Part shown: in pieces, positions 1-13,787 of the stretch
Numbering within the stretch: the first letter of the stretch is position 1
Layout of the letters: each line of letters starts with the position of its first letter
Source of the DNA: Pseudovirgaria hyperparasitica
Lineage: Eukaryota
NCBI GenBank assembly: GCA_010093815.1
Contig: ML996565.1
Length of the DNA: 64,000 nucleotides
Reading direction: 5' to 3' (one strand)
Notes under the pieces: generated by a model
What the model saw: only the letters and a program-made list of their open reading frames with translations
Told to the model about the DNA's origin: nothing
The model's database searches: none
Made by a program: the position numbers and the translations under genes

Positions 1-1479
1 ACCCCAGTTCGACGCGGGAAGCTATCAACATTTGACCAACCAAAGCGGGCATCGAGCAGCGTACCGCCATCAAAATGGGGCGTTTCTACAGCACAAGCTC
101 AAGACATTGGAGTTGGGACAAAGGAAGAGCGAGAGAATATGGTCCGAGCAATGAAACGGCGAGATTTGCTCAGCGCAAATGGTCACATGTATCAGGATAC
201 TGTTGGTCGATTCAAGAGGAGAAATTCGGACGAGCGCATGTCAAGCTCGGCGCCTCCTGGGGAGGGAGAAGATCGCGATGCACTGGTATACGTTCATCAC
301 GTAAAGCCTTCGGATACTCTTGCTGGCCTCACAATAAAGTACAATTGCGCGGCAGCGGTGCTCCAGAAGGCTAATCGCATGTGGCCAAATGATAGTGTAC
401 AAGTACGGAAAAAGATTGTGCTCCCTGTGGATGCATGCGGTGTCAAAGGTCGTCGTTGCACAGGGCCAGAGGACAAGGATGAAGACCTGCTCGGGCATGA
501 TGAGGAGTCGAAGACCATAAAAGACACAAATGACAATGGTTGGCTTTCAGGAACAAACAGTTCGACCCGGAGGCGAACAGACACAATCATATCTAACCCT
601 ACTGCATCGACGGCATCTAACAGATCCGACTCTGAACCTCCTTGGATACATGACTCTTGGGTGATGCTACCACATGATGAAGAGCCGATTGAGATTGCAC
701 GCTTACCACGGCGGACGCTTGGCTTCTTTCCACCTGCAAGACGGAAGAGTCTTACATTATCAGATTCGGACACTCCTTCGCCATCACTTGACCTTCCGCG
801 ATCTCTCGATGCGACAGCCACATCTCCACAACGCTCAACACAAGACGCTTCTTCTGTAACCTCATCCCCTCCGCCCATTCGACCGATTAGAACACGAAAA
901 CATAGTATATCACAGGGCTTCTCACTGCAGGGACCAGGTGGTGTTGGTACGCTGGGCAAGAATATTCGCGCTCCAGGTCCAGGAGAGGACGCTTTCAATA
1001 AATTCGTCGCGCAACATCTCCCGAGTCTACAGCCTCCACCCGGTCAAGAGCATTCTATACCTTGGGCACCATCTATGTTAGAGCAAGCTGGAGAAGGGTC
1101 TGGGCCAGTAGGATATTCCGCGGTTTCCAGACAGGGAGGCTTTGATTTCGAACAAGTTGGCGGTGCAATAGAGACCTGGATGCGCAAAACTGCGGCAAAG
1201 GTCTCTGCGTCAATCAACGAACAGGCAAACACGAACAGCCGCAGATTTGCACCTGTCCCGGGATTGGCCGCAGAAGGAGGTGGACTGGGCGACCTTATAG
1301 AGCTCCGTGATGATGCATTCGAAATCGGTGATGACGAAGAAGACATTCTCAGAGGCCGCCCATCTACAATCGAGACCACTATATCGACAGATACCAGCTC
1401 GGCGCGACCGGACTTGCCTACCACAATGAAGCAAAGAGAATCACGGGCAGGTGGCAGCAAGGGAGGGAAAGGAGACTGA
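1..1479 (+). CDS. LysM-domain protein (5'-partial; intracellular LysMD-like type)
   Basis: The frame of ORF 139..1479 is open back to base 1. LysM motif YVHHVKPSDTLAGLTIKYNC...LQKANRMWPNDSVQVRKKIVLPV; the rest is Ser/Pro-rich low complexity. Confidence 0.85.
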   Translation, partial: TPVRRGKLSTFDQPKRASSSVPPSKWGVSTAQAQDIGVGTKEERENMVRAMKRRDLLSANGHMYQDTVGRFKRRNSDERMSSSAPPGEGEDRDALVYVHHVKPSDTLAGLTIKYNCAAAVLQKANRMWPNDSVQVRKKIVLPVDACGVKGRRCTGPEDKDEDLLGHDEESKTIKDTNDNGWLSGTNSSTRRRTDTIISNPTASTASNRSDSEPPWIHDSWVMLPHDEEPIEIARLPRRTLGFFPPARRKSLTLSDSDTPSPSLDLPRSLDATATSPQRSTQDASSVTSSPPPIRPIRTRKHSISQGFSLQGPGGVGTLGKNIRAPGPGEDAFNKFVAQHLPSLQPPPGQEHSIPWAPSMLEQAGEGSGPVGYSAVSRQGGFDFEQVGGAIETWMRKTAAKVSASINEQANTNSRRFAPVPGLAAEGGGLGDLIELRDDAFEIGDDEEDILRGRPSTIETTISTDTSSARPDLPTTMKQRESRAGGSKGGKGD

Positions 1480-4400
1480 TCGGAGCAGACGAACGTGATA
1501 TAATGGACTTTTGAGACGTTCAGGCGTCAGGTGCTGGATCGACTGATTTTTAGAGCGATTGTAGCCTGGATATTTGGAGCAGATGTTGGCGCTGGACTTA
1601 TTCTATATGACATTCTAGCATTGTATCTTTGGAGCGGCTCGAGTAGCCAGGAATCAATGTACTTGTGAGAGAATCACACACAGCATCCTATCTTGTGCGC
1701 TCCGCGTCCGCGCGCTTGGAATATAGAGCATGTATAGATCTATACATGCACGCACTCTTCGATGAAGACGTTGCTCTCGAGTCCTGAAATTGATACAAAA
1801 TCTCTCGGTTTCCTGTGTTCGGTCGTGACATTTAGATCAAGCATCTTTACTGCATACAACTTTGAGACTGGACCGTTCATATCGTTTTTGAGAGTGAGGA
1901 ATCTATCATCATAGGTAGGTAGCTACTGCTTCCATCTGAGTGTATTACCTTTGAGTGTATCACTTCATGCGAAAATTGCATATACCGAGGTATGCTGAAT
2001 CTCATCTTAGTCAGCTATCAACCTCATCCCGTCTTATATTCTTGTATGTCTAGGAGTCTACAAGCAGCTCATCGTCTTTCCACTAGCAACCAGCCTGAAT
2101 GTGACTACCATCTGTCGAGCGCATCTACCCTAATAATAGACGTCCTCTGGAGGTTCGAGTTCGAGTTCAAAGACATGACTTCTGCAATCATAATCCGCCC
2201 CCAAGTCGCTCATCAGACACGGACTGGGACCGGGACTGGACTTGGCTAGATCCCAAAACGATCGAGACTGAACTAAACCTCCTAGCAGGAGTCTAGATCT
2301 ACAGGGCTGCATTCCATTGCTCGAGTTAGGACGACCTTCATCGACAAATCTCCAATTGTCCTTAGATTTTTGGCCGCCCGACCCTCTGATTGCCGGATAT
2401 GATCATTTGAACAAAGAAGGGTTCTAGACGCCTGGTCCCACTTGCGATTTACTTTCACCGAAATGCCGACTTCAAACACCGGCAGCATGCTCTCGTTCCC
2501 AATATTCCAGGGACCTAAATATTCCATGTCGATCTCTCCACGTGGGGCAGTACCTCTTGCCCGTGTGGGGATGCAACGGTGTACTTAGCGCATGAAGATA
2601 GACACACCAGGGCTCGTCGTTCGAGGTATTTCGCAGGAACCCATCGCTCAATGTAGTACGGAACGTTGGTGCGAAATGAGTATCCTTCCTAGGCCGGTAT
2701 CAACGCTCGTGACCATGTCTGTGCGTGACGGATGCGATTCTTTGAACCTCTCACACGTTCTGATCCACTTCTCTTAGGTCTAATTTTCAAAAGCCATGCT
2801 TGAGACCTGCATTGAGCTTCGTCGGGCTCGTGAGACTTATATGTGCTTGTGATGCTGTGGATTGTTAGTCTAGGTATGGGAGTGCTCTCAACTAGATCCC
2901 TCATGGGCCCGGAACTGGATACGAAACCTAGGAGTTAGGCGTTGATTGATTCAGGCTGCATGCTTGACTTAACATATATCCCTCCGGCCCGCATCTGTCA
3001 TGCAACGCTCAAAGCCGTCCAAGTCCGCACGTACACTCCAACTCACGTCCATTTGTACGCCTGGGGAAATGGCCTGTCCGTCAGTTTCAGACCCACTCGG
3101 TATCAGTGCTTACGTCTTCGCGATTGCTATAAAAACCTTGTTAGAGGGGCTGCATGATAGCTAGCTATTCCTGTGTAAATGCACAATCGTCGTGGCGCCC
3201 ATTGAGTTCTTAGCCTCATCTTAGGTGTATACTGGTCAATGGAGCTCTGGTTTCCTGGTCGTGAGCACAGATGGAATGCATTCTCGATGAAGCAGATTCA
3301 AGAACAGTTCCAGTTATTGTATCTTGTATTCCCCAAGAAAAACTGGTTTCTGGTAACGGAATAAGACGAAGTTCCACAGTCGTATGTGCCTCGCGATCTG
3401 GAAAGGTGACATTTCATGCATCAGCGTCCGTTGCATGTGAAACCCAGAGGACAAACTCCTCTCTCTTGAAACGGTCGAAATGTTTCTTAGTCGACGTAGA
3501 CCTTGACTCGACCTTCTCATCAGCTAGAGTGCCCTTTCGCAGCTATGCTTTATCACCGTCGTGGTGGTAGTCGATGGTTTGACAGATTCTACCGAAGAGA
3601 GGAATACATTTTCGGTAGAATGTCTTCGATGTATCGGTCACTGTGCAGAATGACTGGCTCAGCACACATTACCGACGCCAAAAGGACATCCCAGTGCTAA
3701 TACAGAGCAAATCGATCCTTCTCCTCATCGATACGGAGGACGAGAAGTTTCCAAGCGCCACAGTTACACTTCTTCTGCTGGCGTCCAAAAGCGTGCCGTG
3801 AAGAATCCTTCGGCAGGTGCGACTCCGCATTGCGCACTGACTGTGTTCATGGATGCTGATAACAGCTCGTGTCGTGGGATGCCTTATGGCGATATGCAGC
3901 ACGGCCATTGCCGAACACCATGTTGAGTCCTCAACCGTCCCTCCACGCCACGATAAATGAAATCATGGGAGGTATGTCTGCTTTGATCGCAGCAACGAAC
4001 GGATTGGAAACAGAGAATATTTATCGAAGGAGGCATCAAACAAAGATCCGGAGCATATGACATTATCAACTTGGGGTATTTACCCTTCATAGCCAAGCAA
4101 CTCAAGCCATGCTTCACTGATACGCCTATCAGAGCGTGACATGGGTGTAGTTCAGTGTTGGTATGCTTCAAGGATCAAGGACCTGATGCATGTGCAAATC
4201 ATGTCTTGGCTGTGGACGTGGACTGCGGAGGGCTCCGGTCTAGCGAGCACGGGTTGTGGCGCTCTCCCGAAATACTTGGCTATGCGGTGAGGTTGCTTGT
4301 ACGCACTTTCGTCATCCGTTGGTTGTTCGAGCGTATAGACTCAGAGGATCAGAACCGGTGTGCCCCAGTGGCTGTCTCGCTTCATCCTGAGTCCCCTGGC

Positions 4401-6479
4401 TTATCACTTCGTCGATACGCGGATTCCAAACAAAGAACACACGTGTAGGATGTGTGCTGATATGAGCAAACGCGAAGGATGGGCCAAGATTTCCATATAT
4501 CCTCGTGTTTGACTCGTGATGTGTCTCGTCAGACACCCACCAGCCAGGCTTGCCAATCTCTTGGCGTTCTCCATGTTGAATGAAGATGTATCACTGCTTC
4601 TCGACGATCCTGGGTGCGTTAGCTCACGTACAGGAATGCAAGTTCGTGGGCTAGGAGAAGGCTTGGAAGCGGTTTCCAAGAGACAGGCCAAGCTTACGTG
4701 ACCACCCGCGATCAGCATCGATCTTTCAACCATCAACCATGTCAAACGCGCGTGTTTCGAGGACTGGGGGCGGACATCATTGGCTTCATGCCAGCCATCT
4801 CAATCACCCACTGATGACCACGATTTATTACCCGTCGTCGGCTCGAAACCTGCATGGCGCCGGCGGAAGCTAGCTCCACAAAGGCTTGTTGACCCCCCTG
4901 ATATATTACAAGCCCCACTCCTGGATTCGATACATGTACGCTAACCTTCATTAGGCAAACGCTTTGTGTGTACTCTAGCCCCAGCACTCACGACAATCGT
5001 GGCTAGTCGCTTGTGTTCTGGGGATTGTGGACTTTGCCACTACGACATGTGCTCGGGTAGATTTTGTTCCAAGAAGTGGCCGTGCAGTGTCGATTGACCT
5101 CGTAAGGCTGACGACCCTGAAAATGATGATCATGATCGTTTCCCAATCCGGCAATTGTAAAGCTGTATATCACGACTCGCAGAGTATGGAGATGTGGGTT
5201 CGTGATATGGCCTCAAAGTCTACGGCCTAGGCTGGTTCCTTGTATTGCACCACTTTGCTACTGTTAACAAGCAATGTCACAGAAGACTGCACTAGAGTCG
5301 AACCCGAGACATGCTAATACGCAGCCTGCGCATCCTATCTGGACTGATACGGCAAGGGCAAGAGAATCCGCAGCCGTTAGATCGACACTAAGCTCGAGGT
5401 TAATTTGCTTGTCGTGATGGGATTCTATACCTGGCTCGCCTGGTAGTGTCTCAGCCATGTTTTTCCACACGGCCCAAAGACCAGCATGAGCATTGACTGA
5501 CTTCTTCGTTGGAGGGATCCGCATCCAGCACGCTGGGTATTGACTCTCTGGGTAATGGGAGGTTAGGGATGCAAGTCTTGCCGCTGTATGTGCCATATAT
5601 TTCTTCCTGTGCAGGCACGTTTGACGTGGGATATGAACTACTGTAATTACATGTCGATGAGCTAGTCCCACAGAGATGTTGTCGCTATTACTGCTGATGG
5701 ATGTGTATCCCTGAGGGTGATTCATGCCATAGAAATTTCAAGCAGCTTCTTTGCCGCTTTATACGCGTACTTTCAGTAGCTATCATCATAGGCCGACGCC
5801 AAAGTAGATGACTCTTAAGTCATTTTGCAAACTCCTGAACAGCGGGAAACGACCATCGTGGACGGCCGACTACCCACCCGACACGCATTCCGACTTCCAA
5901 CACTCTCTCATTGCACTGCTCTAATTCGATCCGGGCAGCAGTCACGAATACATGCGTTAAAGTCACAGACGAGGTACGTGCACATATAGTACCACTACGC
6001 CACTAACCTACACACATCTCGTCTCGCTCAGTTTTCCCGAAACGGAGTCCCACAGCAGCCTCCGGCCTCCCTCCAGGATCCTCTCTATCTCACGCCCTGA
6101 CTGTTGACATGGAGCGGATGGCGTAGCTGAGTGAGCATGGATTGAGCCTCACCCAGCCAAAAATCAGCACTAGTACCGCCGACCCACCCAGAACGACATC
6201 CACAATCTCTTATATGCCGCGCAGATATACGCACTAATCCGACTGTCGCTTTCACCGTGGATATATTCCTGAGGTCGGAATTCGCTGTGATACATGAGTA
6301 AGGGACCTGAAGCTTGTCATTGCTTACATCTTTGCTCCATTACTCGCACGGCGGGTGTCCGAGTAAGTGACCGGTCGGATTACCCCTGCCTGTCTGCCTG
6401 CCTTTCTGCGTTACCCGATAACCATGAGCTCTGCCGTGTATATTGGCTGCGGTAGGAATGCAAAGGTTGCAACAGTAGG

Positions 6480-6900
6480 ATCAAGTGATACAGAGGTTTG
6501 GAGTTTAACAGGCAGGGTGGAAGTAAGACAATGTATCTTCATACAGTAGTCTGTATATCAAGGTGGTATTAGATTCAAAATTATAGATTAGGGAGATTAA
6601 GAGGAACATAAAGAGAGAGTATAAACATAAGAATGAAAATAATTGATTGCGACACACAGGACTATAGACACTACAATCTGATCTATAGACAGGATACATT
6701 AAACTTAAATAGATTACTCTCTCTGTTGTATACATCCACATGAACGGAAATAGTGCAACTCTCTCGTACACGCTTTTGGTTATCTTCTGATAGCGGGTAA
6801 TCACAAGATCTGCAATGTATAATCAGATGCTTCGATCTAGGTTGATACCTTCATGCTATGCTATGCTATATACTTTAATCTAATATCCTGTAATACAGAC
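6480..6900. other. AT/TpA-rich tract, probable RIP-degraded repeat relic
   Basis: Abrupt drop in GC with many TA dinucleotides (e.g. attatagattagg, ctatgctatgctatatact) and no credible ORF. Judged by eye only. Confidence 0.4.
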
Positions 6901-7298
6901 AGTCCCACTAAGACGATTTGGAATAAACATTGCGTGCTACGCGCCTCCCTCGCTACAATGACAAAAGTCTCCACTTTCCAAACTCCAAAGCGCCATCTAG
7001 ACTAGACTAGGGGAAGAGGGTATTGATGTGGCCATATTAATACATAGTCATTGTGTTGTGGTAGAAGGTGCGTGGGTTGATGAGGGGCGTTTTTGCGTGT
7101 CGTTGTAAGATGCCCTCCATCAAAGTCCCTCATAAAGTAGAAATGTCCCAGTCTGCCTGCCGTCTATGCACTAGTACCTTGTCTCTTGGTTTCTTGGGGA
7201 TTTTTCGTGTCATTGCTCGAGGTTCACCAACATCGCCAATAATCCCATCTATCTTGCCGATGTCGCCGAGTCTACCACCTTCCCAGTCCGGCGCAATC

Positions 7299-9917
7299 TC
7301 ACCAGAACCTCGTGTTCATCGGCATTACAGGCGTATGCTCGACAGCACCGACGCCGCTGAAAAACATCTCGTTGAAACTCGTCGGGCTGAGCGGTGGCGG
7401 CAAAGGCCCGCCTCCACTTGTATGGCTAGGCTTGCGTCCATTTGCGTGGTCTGATGAAAATGGCATTGGGGCGTCTAGGTGTGTGGCAGCGTGGTGGTGG
7501 TGGTTATGGTTCCAGCCCTCGCCGTTGGCGTATGGGTTGGGTGGGAAGGACGTGATGAAGAGTGATTCTGGGCTAGCCCAGGTGCCCATGCTCATGTCCA
7601 TGTCCATGGACATGGGGTCGAGATCAGTTGTGGGCACAGGGACAGCGTGGGTGAGGGAGCCGGAGCCTGGAGAAGAGTGTGCGAAAGATGGGTCGATGGA
7701 GCTGTAAGTTATGTTTGGGATGCTAGGGTTTGTAGTTGCGGTTGTGTGGGGATTTGCGGGGTTTTCGGCGATGAAGTCCGGTGTAGGAGAGGTATTGACG
7801 GAGTCGACCATTTCGACGCCAGTGAGGGGGTGTGTGTTTGGCTTACGCATGTCACTGAGTGAAGTAAAGGCTGCGAATTGATTCTTTGCGGTTTTGAGGG
7901 TGCGTTTGGCGGGCCGCACGCGGGTTGTGGTCAGGATAAGGTCGTCCTTGGCGACGGAGTGGAGTTCGGTTGCGAGGCCTTGCAGTTGGGTTGCTGCGCT
8001 GGAGACAGCTTCGTGGTCGGATTTGGGGCCGGCGAGCGCGCGGTCGTGTAGATGGATGAGGCCACGCCCGCAGACGTCTAGGCCGAGGGGGATGATATCG
8101 ACAATGTTGAGAGTGGATGTGGCGGTATGGGAGCTAGTGAGTCGGCAAGATGGCTTCTGAGACCCTGTGACTTGGGCGAGGATGCGGAGTAGATCTGTGC
8201 TAGAGGCGAGAAAGTCGCGGATCAAGTAGGTGGTAGGAACGGATGTGTCAGCAGCATCGATGTGGTTGGGAAAATTGAGGTGGATGATGAGTACATAATA
8301 TGCGATAGTGACAAAAGCCTTGGAGGTCCAATTCCGGATCTCGGTATTCAGGGTCTGGATAGCGTCCATCAGAACCTTCTTGATCTTCTGACACAGAGCA
8401 TTAAAGTCTTCGTTGAAGTTGAGGAGCCGGCGCAGTTGGTTGACAGGACGGTGCTGCCACGATGTGTTGCCCTGACTGGGAGCTTCACTCTCGTGTGGAT
8501 ACAGGGCATATATGTGGGCGCTGGTGGAAACAATCTGTGCCAGTGGCCACAAGCCTCGAATCATGCGGGCTTGTGCCTGAAAAGTGGACACGATGTCGCT
8601 GGCGATGTCGAGTTTGATGACGGCTGATTGGGTTTCGTCTACGGACGGGAAGTCTGGGGGGAGGCCGCGTTGTAGTACAGTCGCAAATGGCTCTCCCATT
8701 TCCATGTATGCCCATAGTGTGGTGGAAAAGGATAGCCAGTGAAGGTTACGAACTAGCTCTGTCTCCACGGCATCGACATCAATACCGTTAACGCGGCTAC
8801 CTGCAACACGAGTACCATCACTCATCTGAGCCTGAATCTTGGATGATATTTGACCAGAATAGCCAATGAGACACGAAGCTCGTTTTGTATTCCGTGTACA
8901 CATCTCATGCCAGCCAAGAAGCATGAGGGCCTGAGAGGTGGGAATATCACAGGTATCCACGGAGCGCGAGCGTACACAATTATCAGCGTGCTTGAACAGT
9001 CTCCCCTCCAGATCTGTATACTGGCCCGCGTTGTGGAAGTGCTGAGCGTCAGCCAGAATGACAGCAAGCAGAGCCTCGTCGTATTCGTTGTTCTTGCACG
9101 TCTGCAGGAAGAGTGTTTTGGAGAGAAGCATGGAGAGTGGGTGCACGCTGAACCAGACTTCAATCAGCTGCATCCGGACCTGGTCGTCGATTTCGGTGAT
9201 AGGGTTGGTATCGAAGGTAATATTGTTGCCAAACATGCGCTGGGAGCGGTCTCGAGCAACGCCGTTAACGTAGAAGCCTGCTCTGGGGTCTTCGTTTAGA
9301 CATGTGCCAAGGTGCCCGAATCTCGATGAGAGCAGGCCGACTAGCTCCTGGCTCATGAAAGCGAAGAGGTCGTCGTAGGAAATGGCAGCAGGTGGATGAT
9401 CTGTCCGGAAACCGAGACTGTGAATAAAGCCTTCCGGACTGGGCTCTAGCTTCCGGACAAAGTTGTTGAGCGAGGCTTGGAAGGCATTTCGTTCGATGCC
9501 AGGGACGTCTGTGAAGGCGCCGAGATATAGGAACTCAAGAGCCTCACCGATAGTACCACTAGTGACAAAGTTGCCCGTCTCTCGCCTGTAGAACTCGGGT
9601 GGTAGGCGGTGACCCTCGGAGGAGTCCTCTGACGAACGGGGAGGCGCCGAGCCTCTCTCTTCACTGTGAGACGACCTGCCTGAGATGCTGCCTTTGGAGG
9701 CATGCTTGTTGCTAGATGAGCCTCTGGGACGACCTTTTGCAGACTCGAGGTCGTAGATGCAGTCAATACCACGCTCCTTGCACGCCGTACAAATGCCCTT
9801 GCTCTGGCCTGAGCATTTAATCTTCCGACGACGGCAGAAGTGACAGCTCTTGCGCAAGTTGTCGCCGCCAGCGGAGGAATTTGCAAACATGGTGTGAGAC
9901 TGAGAAAGGTCAAACAA
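7299..9917 (-). CDS. Zn(II)2Cys6 fungal transcription factor with middle-homology (Fungal_trans-like) region
   Basis: Intronless ORF with CHFCRRRKIKCSGQSKGICTACKERGIDC binuclear cluster. Middle region has WFSVHPLSMLLSKTLF...QALMLLGWHE. The first ATG is at about 9890. Confidence 0.92.
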   Translation of the reverse strand: MFDLSQSHTMFANSSAGGDNLRKSCHFCRRRKIKCSGQSKGICTACKERGIDCIYDLESAKGRPRGSSSNKHASKGSISGRSSHSEERGSAPPRSSEDSSEGHRLPPEFYRRETGNFVTSGTIGEALEFLYLGAFTDVPGIERNAFQASLNNFVRKLEPSPEGFIHSLGFRTDHPPAAISYDDLFAFMSQELVGLLSSRFGHLGTCLNEDPRAGFYVNGVARDRSQRMFGNNITFDTNPITEIDDQVRMQLIEVWFSVHPLSMLLSKTLFLQTCKNNEYDEALLAVILADAQHFHNAGQYTDLEGRLFKHADNCVRSRSVDTCDIPTSQALMLLGWHEMCTRNTKRASCLIGYSGQISSKIQAQMSDGTRVAGSRVNGIDVDAVETELVRNLHWLSFSTTLWAYMEMGEPFATVLQRGLPPDFPSVDETQSAVIKLDIASDIVSTFQAQARMIRGLWPLAQIVSTSAHIYALYPHESEAPSQGNTSWQHRPVNQLRRLLNFNEDFNALCQKIKKVLMDAIQTLNTEIRNWTSKAFVTIAYYVLIIHLNFPNHIDAADTSVPTTYLIRDFLASSTDLLRILAQVTGSQKPSCRLTSSHTATSTLNIVDIIPLGLDVCGRGLIHLHDRALAGPKSDHEAVSSAATQLQGLATELHSVAKDDLILTTTRVRPAKRTLKTAKNQFAAFTSLSDMRKPNTHPLTGVEMVDSVNTSPTPDFIAENPANPHTTATTNPSIPNITYSSIDPSFAHSSPGSGSLTHAVPVPTTDLDPMSMDMDMSMGTWASPESLFITSFPPNPYANGEGWNHNHHHHAATHLDAPMPFSSDHANGRKPSHTSGGGPLPPPLSPTSFNEMFFSGVGAVEHTPVMPMNTRFW

Positions 9918-12900
9918 GGGATATCATAACAAGGTATCAAGGTCGGGGTCCCAAGTCGTAGTAATAGGGACAAGCTTGGAGGGAAGCCCGGGAGCAAAGC
10001 ATGGGATATATTAAGGTAGTCATATGAAGTCGACAAGTGGAATTGCGTCACGGAGTAAGGTGGGAAGTGCAATGTGAAACCGAAACACGTACAGCATTCG
10101 CGTCCCAAAAGGGATGCTCGGGGCATTACGAATTAAACCACACCCCCCCTCCCCGTCTAACGCCCTGACCATACAGTGGATACAGGTCGACGATGAATAG
10201 TGGCGTCCAATGAGAGTCGGTATATTGGGCTGTGATTCTTGGATGGTCAACAAGACGGTATATAATATACGCCGTAGGTTATGGCATGACATCAGCTAGC
10301 CCCTAGAGCCTTTGATAGCGGGACAAGCGGATCCAGCAGCGAGCATTGGAGAAAATAGCAGCAGATTTCCATGTCTACGCCTCCACTCTACTCAGCGATC
10401 TGCCACCAAGGGTGTAGTCTAGCCAGCCATGAGGCTGAAAGAGCACTGCCTGACTAGCTGTCTACACAGCAAAGTAAGTTTCTTGGTATTGGCGACGAGA
10501 AGCTGGAGCTGAGCGTGTATCGATGTAGGTATATCCACAGCAATTCTAGCCTATAAGTTAAGGTCCACATCGAGATCAAGATCCAGATCCAGATACAGAT
10601 TCACGTTCGGAGCCCGGCGACACTCAAACTCTCGAAACATTGCCCCTTCCCTGCCCTGCATGGAGAGTCTACCTTGCGATGACCTCCCTCCCACTTCGAA
10701 GCCCTGCATGATCCCAGCCGAGGATATCCTAGATATCCCAGTTCCTATTGCAGATTAGCAAGGATGGCTAAGATTCTCACGACTCATAGTCTGAGCAACT
10801 ACTGTCTCGAAGCATGTCAGTCGGCAAAGACAATGGTCTCGAATACAGTAAGGCGTTGTTATACACGCATATCCATCCCCCCCTCTCATTAGAGAGGCAA
10901 GGGACAATGATGAGCAAAGGATATGACTCGCAAGCTAGACGAAGCATTAGCCAAGCATTGGCCAAGCAGAGCATAGCGTCGTGATATGCTATGGTAGCGC
11001 CAGGCGGGCCGTATTGTTGGAGGCGGCGAACACTTGGGGATAGCAACGTGCGGTGTTGGGATGCCCGCCGGGATATGCCAACAATCAAGTGTACAGCACG
11101 GCAGGATGCAGGATGGCGGTTCAAAAGGGGACTGTAACTCTCGCTCGCTTACAGTGAGATTACTGCATATAAATACGCAATCTGTGTCTCTTGTTGAGTA
11201 CTCTTATTCTTTGCATCAGCAGTATCATGGAGGCACATGTATAGGTATCTACATGTTTTGTTGCGATAATGTCACGTCAGTAGCTAAAAATAGCTCCAGT
11301 ACGCCGCTGCTCCATAGATGGAAGTTGGACAAAGATAGTCATTTAATTACGATACGGAAAGTGCTCCAAGGGATCGGGTTCCAGGTGGGGTATACACTAG
11401 CCGTTTATAGCGTAGCGCCATCGCATCCCTTCCGACTCCAAGGCACTCCTCACTCCTATATCATAACACTAATACTTACCTAATCAAAGTCGGCATCGGG
11501 CATGACTCGGCCATCACTCCGCCCCACGATGTTCCACCACCACTCCAGTAGTGGACCGTTACATCGCAAACACCATGTACTCTCGGCTGTCCGATGTCCA
11601 ACATGTCGACCGTCAGTTTATTCCAATCGCTGCTTTCGCGGCATGATTTGCGCGGTCCCTCGTGTTTGGCCCCCTTTAGTTCTGTTCTTGTTGCTCCTTT
11701 GAGGGTGCTGCACATTGCTGCAAATGCTATTCGTGTAGGTGGGTTTAAGTGTATCTGTATCTGTATCCCGCGAGCAGCTGCTTGCGAGACGTCATCGTGC
11801 GCGATAGCATCTTGTCTGCCTGCGAACGGCTGTTTTGTGTTTGTGTTTGTTGTCGTCGTCGTCGTCATGCTCATGACAACCCAGTCTGGTACTGTGACTA
11901 CGCAGACACAGACCTTACTGCACTGGATCCTTCATCCTCCTCCTCGTGGCAGGATGATCATCAGTAATTATCCATCCATACATCAATCAATCATCTCAAC
12001 TCTTGACGTTCGTGTCTGTATTGATCGCGATGATGGAAACGAATATCGAATCACCTCGATACCATAGGCAAAAGGGCCATGTCCAACATATGCACATATG
12101 CAGTGCAGGCCTCTGTGTGTCTGTATCGTCGCCTAGCCAGGACCCATACCCTCACTGCCTTTGCGTCGTCGTTGTTGTTGTCATTGGCGTTTCGTTGCTT
12201 TTCAGTCGTAGTCCTCTCGGCCACAAGACATCATCTTCCACTTCACTTCAACCCTCCAGAGTGCCGTCCAGCGCCCTTTAATAACATTCCTCGCCGGAAG
12301 CGGACACCTCTATACGCCCGTACGCTCCGTCGACGGAGAGTTTAGATATCCCATGTATCCGACTTGACTATATGTCTCTCTCTTCGTGATGCCTCCTTCC
12401 ACGTCTCTTTAGGGCTTTACGGCTGGTACATCGTGGCGGTATCTGTGCAACCTGGATTCGTCCCGATCGCGAGGCCAGTATCCCTACGTGTGTGGGTGGT
12501 TGTGCGCATCGGCGATTTCGCAGTTCATCTATCCTATATATCCTCTGTGCTGGGTGTTCTTGGGCTTCTTGGCAGTCCGCTTCTGGACGGAGAGTTTTTT
12601 ACGTCCTGTTCTTTCTTTAATACTATTTATTATTAGGCTTTCTTATGTAGGATTTAGTCGACGTGGCTGCTCTTCCGAGACGGCGTCGCTGGTATGGGAC
12701 TATTACCTTATCACGAGCTTTTATTATTATCATTGCGGGCATGATTGGGGGGGTACGTTACGTGTTGGAGGATGCTGACTCCTCGCGAGGAGGGGCTCCT
12801 TGTCCCGTGTACTATTGTCGTGCTGTGCTGCTGAGGGATGCTGTTCCTTGTGGCTTATTAGACGGAGCGGAGCGTTTATCTAAGTAAAGCTCATGTTCAA

Positions 12901-13787
12901 CTTAGACATATCCACTGTCAGGCTTTGAGATCGAGATCGAGATCGCAGGCTTGGTTTCATATTCGTATGTATGCTAAGCTCCGGGATACAGTTCGAGAGG
13001 ATGGAGCGAATGCTTGTGTCCTCCAGCCCTGTCATCCTCGTCATCGTCCATCCTTGTACGACATGAGCACGAGCGCGTAGTCATGGCCAGGGACAAGGAT
13101 TTGTGCGTATGCGTATACGGTCAAGACCATCGTCTTTTATTCGCCTACGAGATCTTTGCGAAGAAATCCATGTGGATAATAATTCATCAGGCGACACGTT
13201 GCGAGTTGAGAGATCTCTTATCGAATCGTAGCTTCCAACGGTGTGGTCGGATAACGCTCTTGAGCGGTGTCAATTCGAAACGCAAAGAAGTGCTAAGTTT
13301 TGTCGTGAGGCCTCATTGTCTGAGTCCTGTGTGAGCGGTGTGTGATTAGAGGGTAGGGCTACGCTTTTGATATAATAGCAAACTATTGTACTCGGGTCCA
13401 AAAATCCAACATTTAGCATAGGTACATACACGAGTGCAGGCAACTATTATGAATGACGATTGCGTGTCCATCTTAGGGGGGCTTAGCATAGTTCTTTGGA
13501 AAGTATTATTCCAATCATGCTTCGTCACGCTTTGTCCAGTGGTGTTGACGACAGCAACAACCATACCTCTGCAACCAGCCAAGCTGAACGAACCATGCAT
13601 GACTCCTTAGCATTTTGTTTTTGACGGATTTATGCAAATCTGTAGCCAGGACTGCAACCTCATGGCAACTCCTCATCAGACTGTTTACAATATCGTCCTT
13701 TAATCATAACCTTATTCGCGGCTATACTTCCGCATGCCCCACTCCATCTTTCTCTAGCATCTCTTGCCCAAACCACCACAACATATG

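Noticed and set aside
297..998. Long antisense ORFs over the LysM gene (and similar ones over the TF, ATPase and 61-63 kb gene)
   Set aside because: These are shadow ORFs caused by codon bias of the sense-strand genes.
2000..5750. Short minus-strand ORFs with faint ankyrin-like words (AGGHVSLACLL, NRGHQWVIEM)
   Set aside because: No continuous frame or splice pattern could be built. It may be a gene relic, but I cannot support it without an HMM search.
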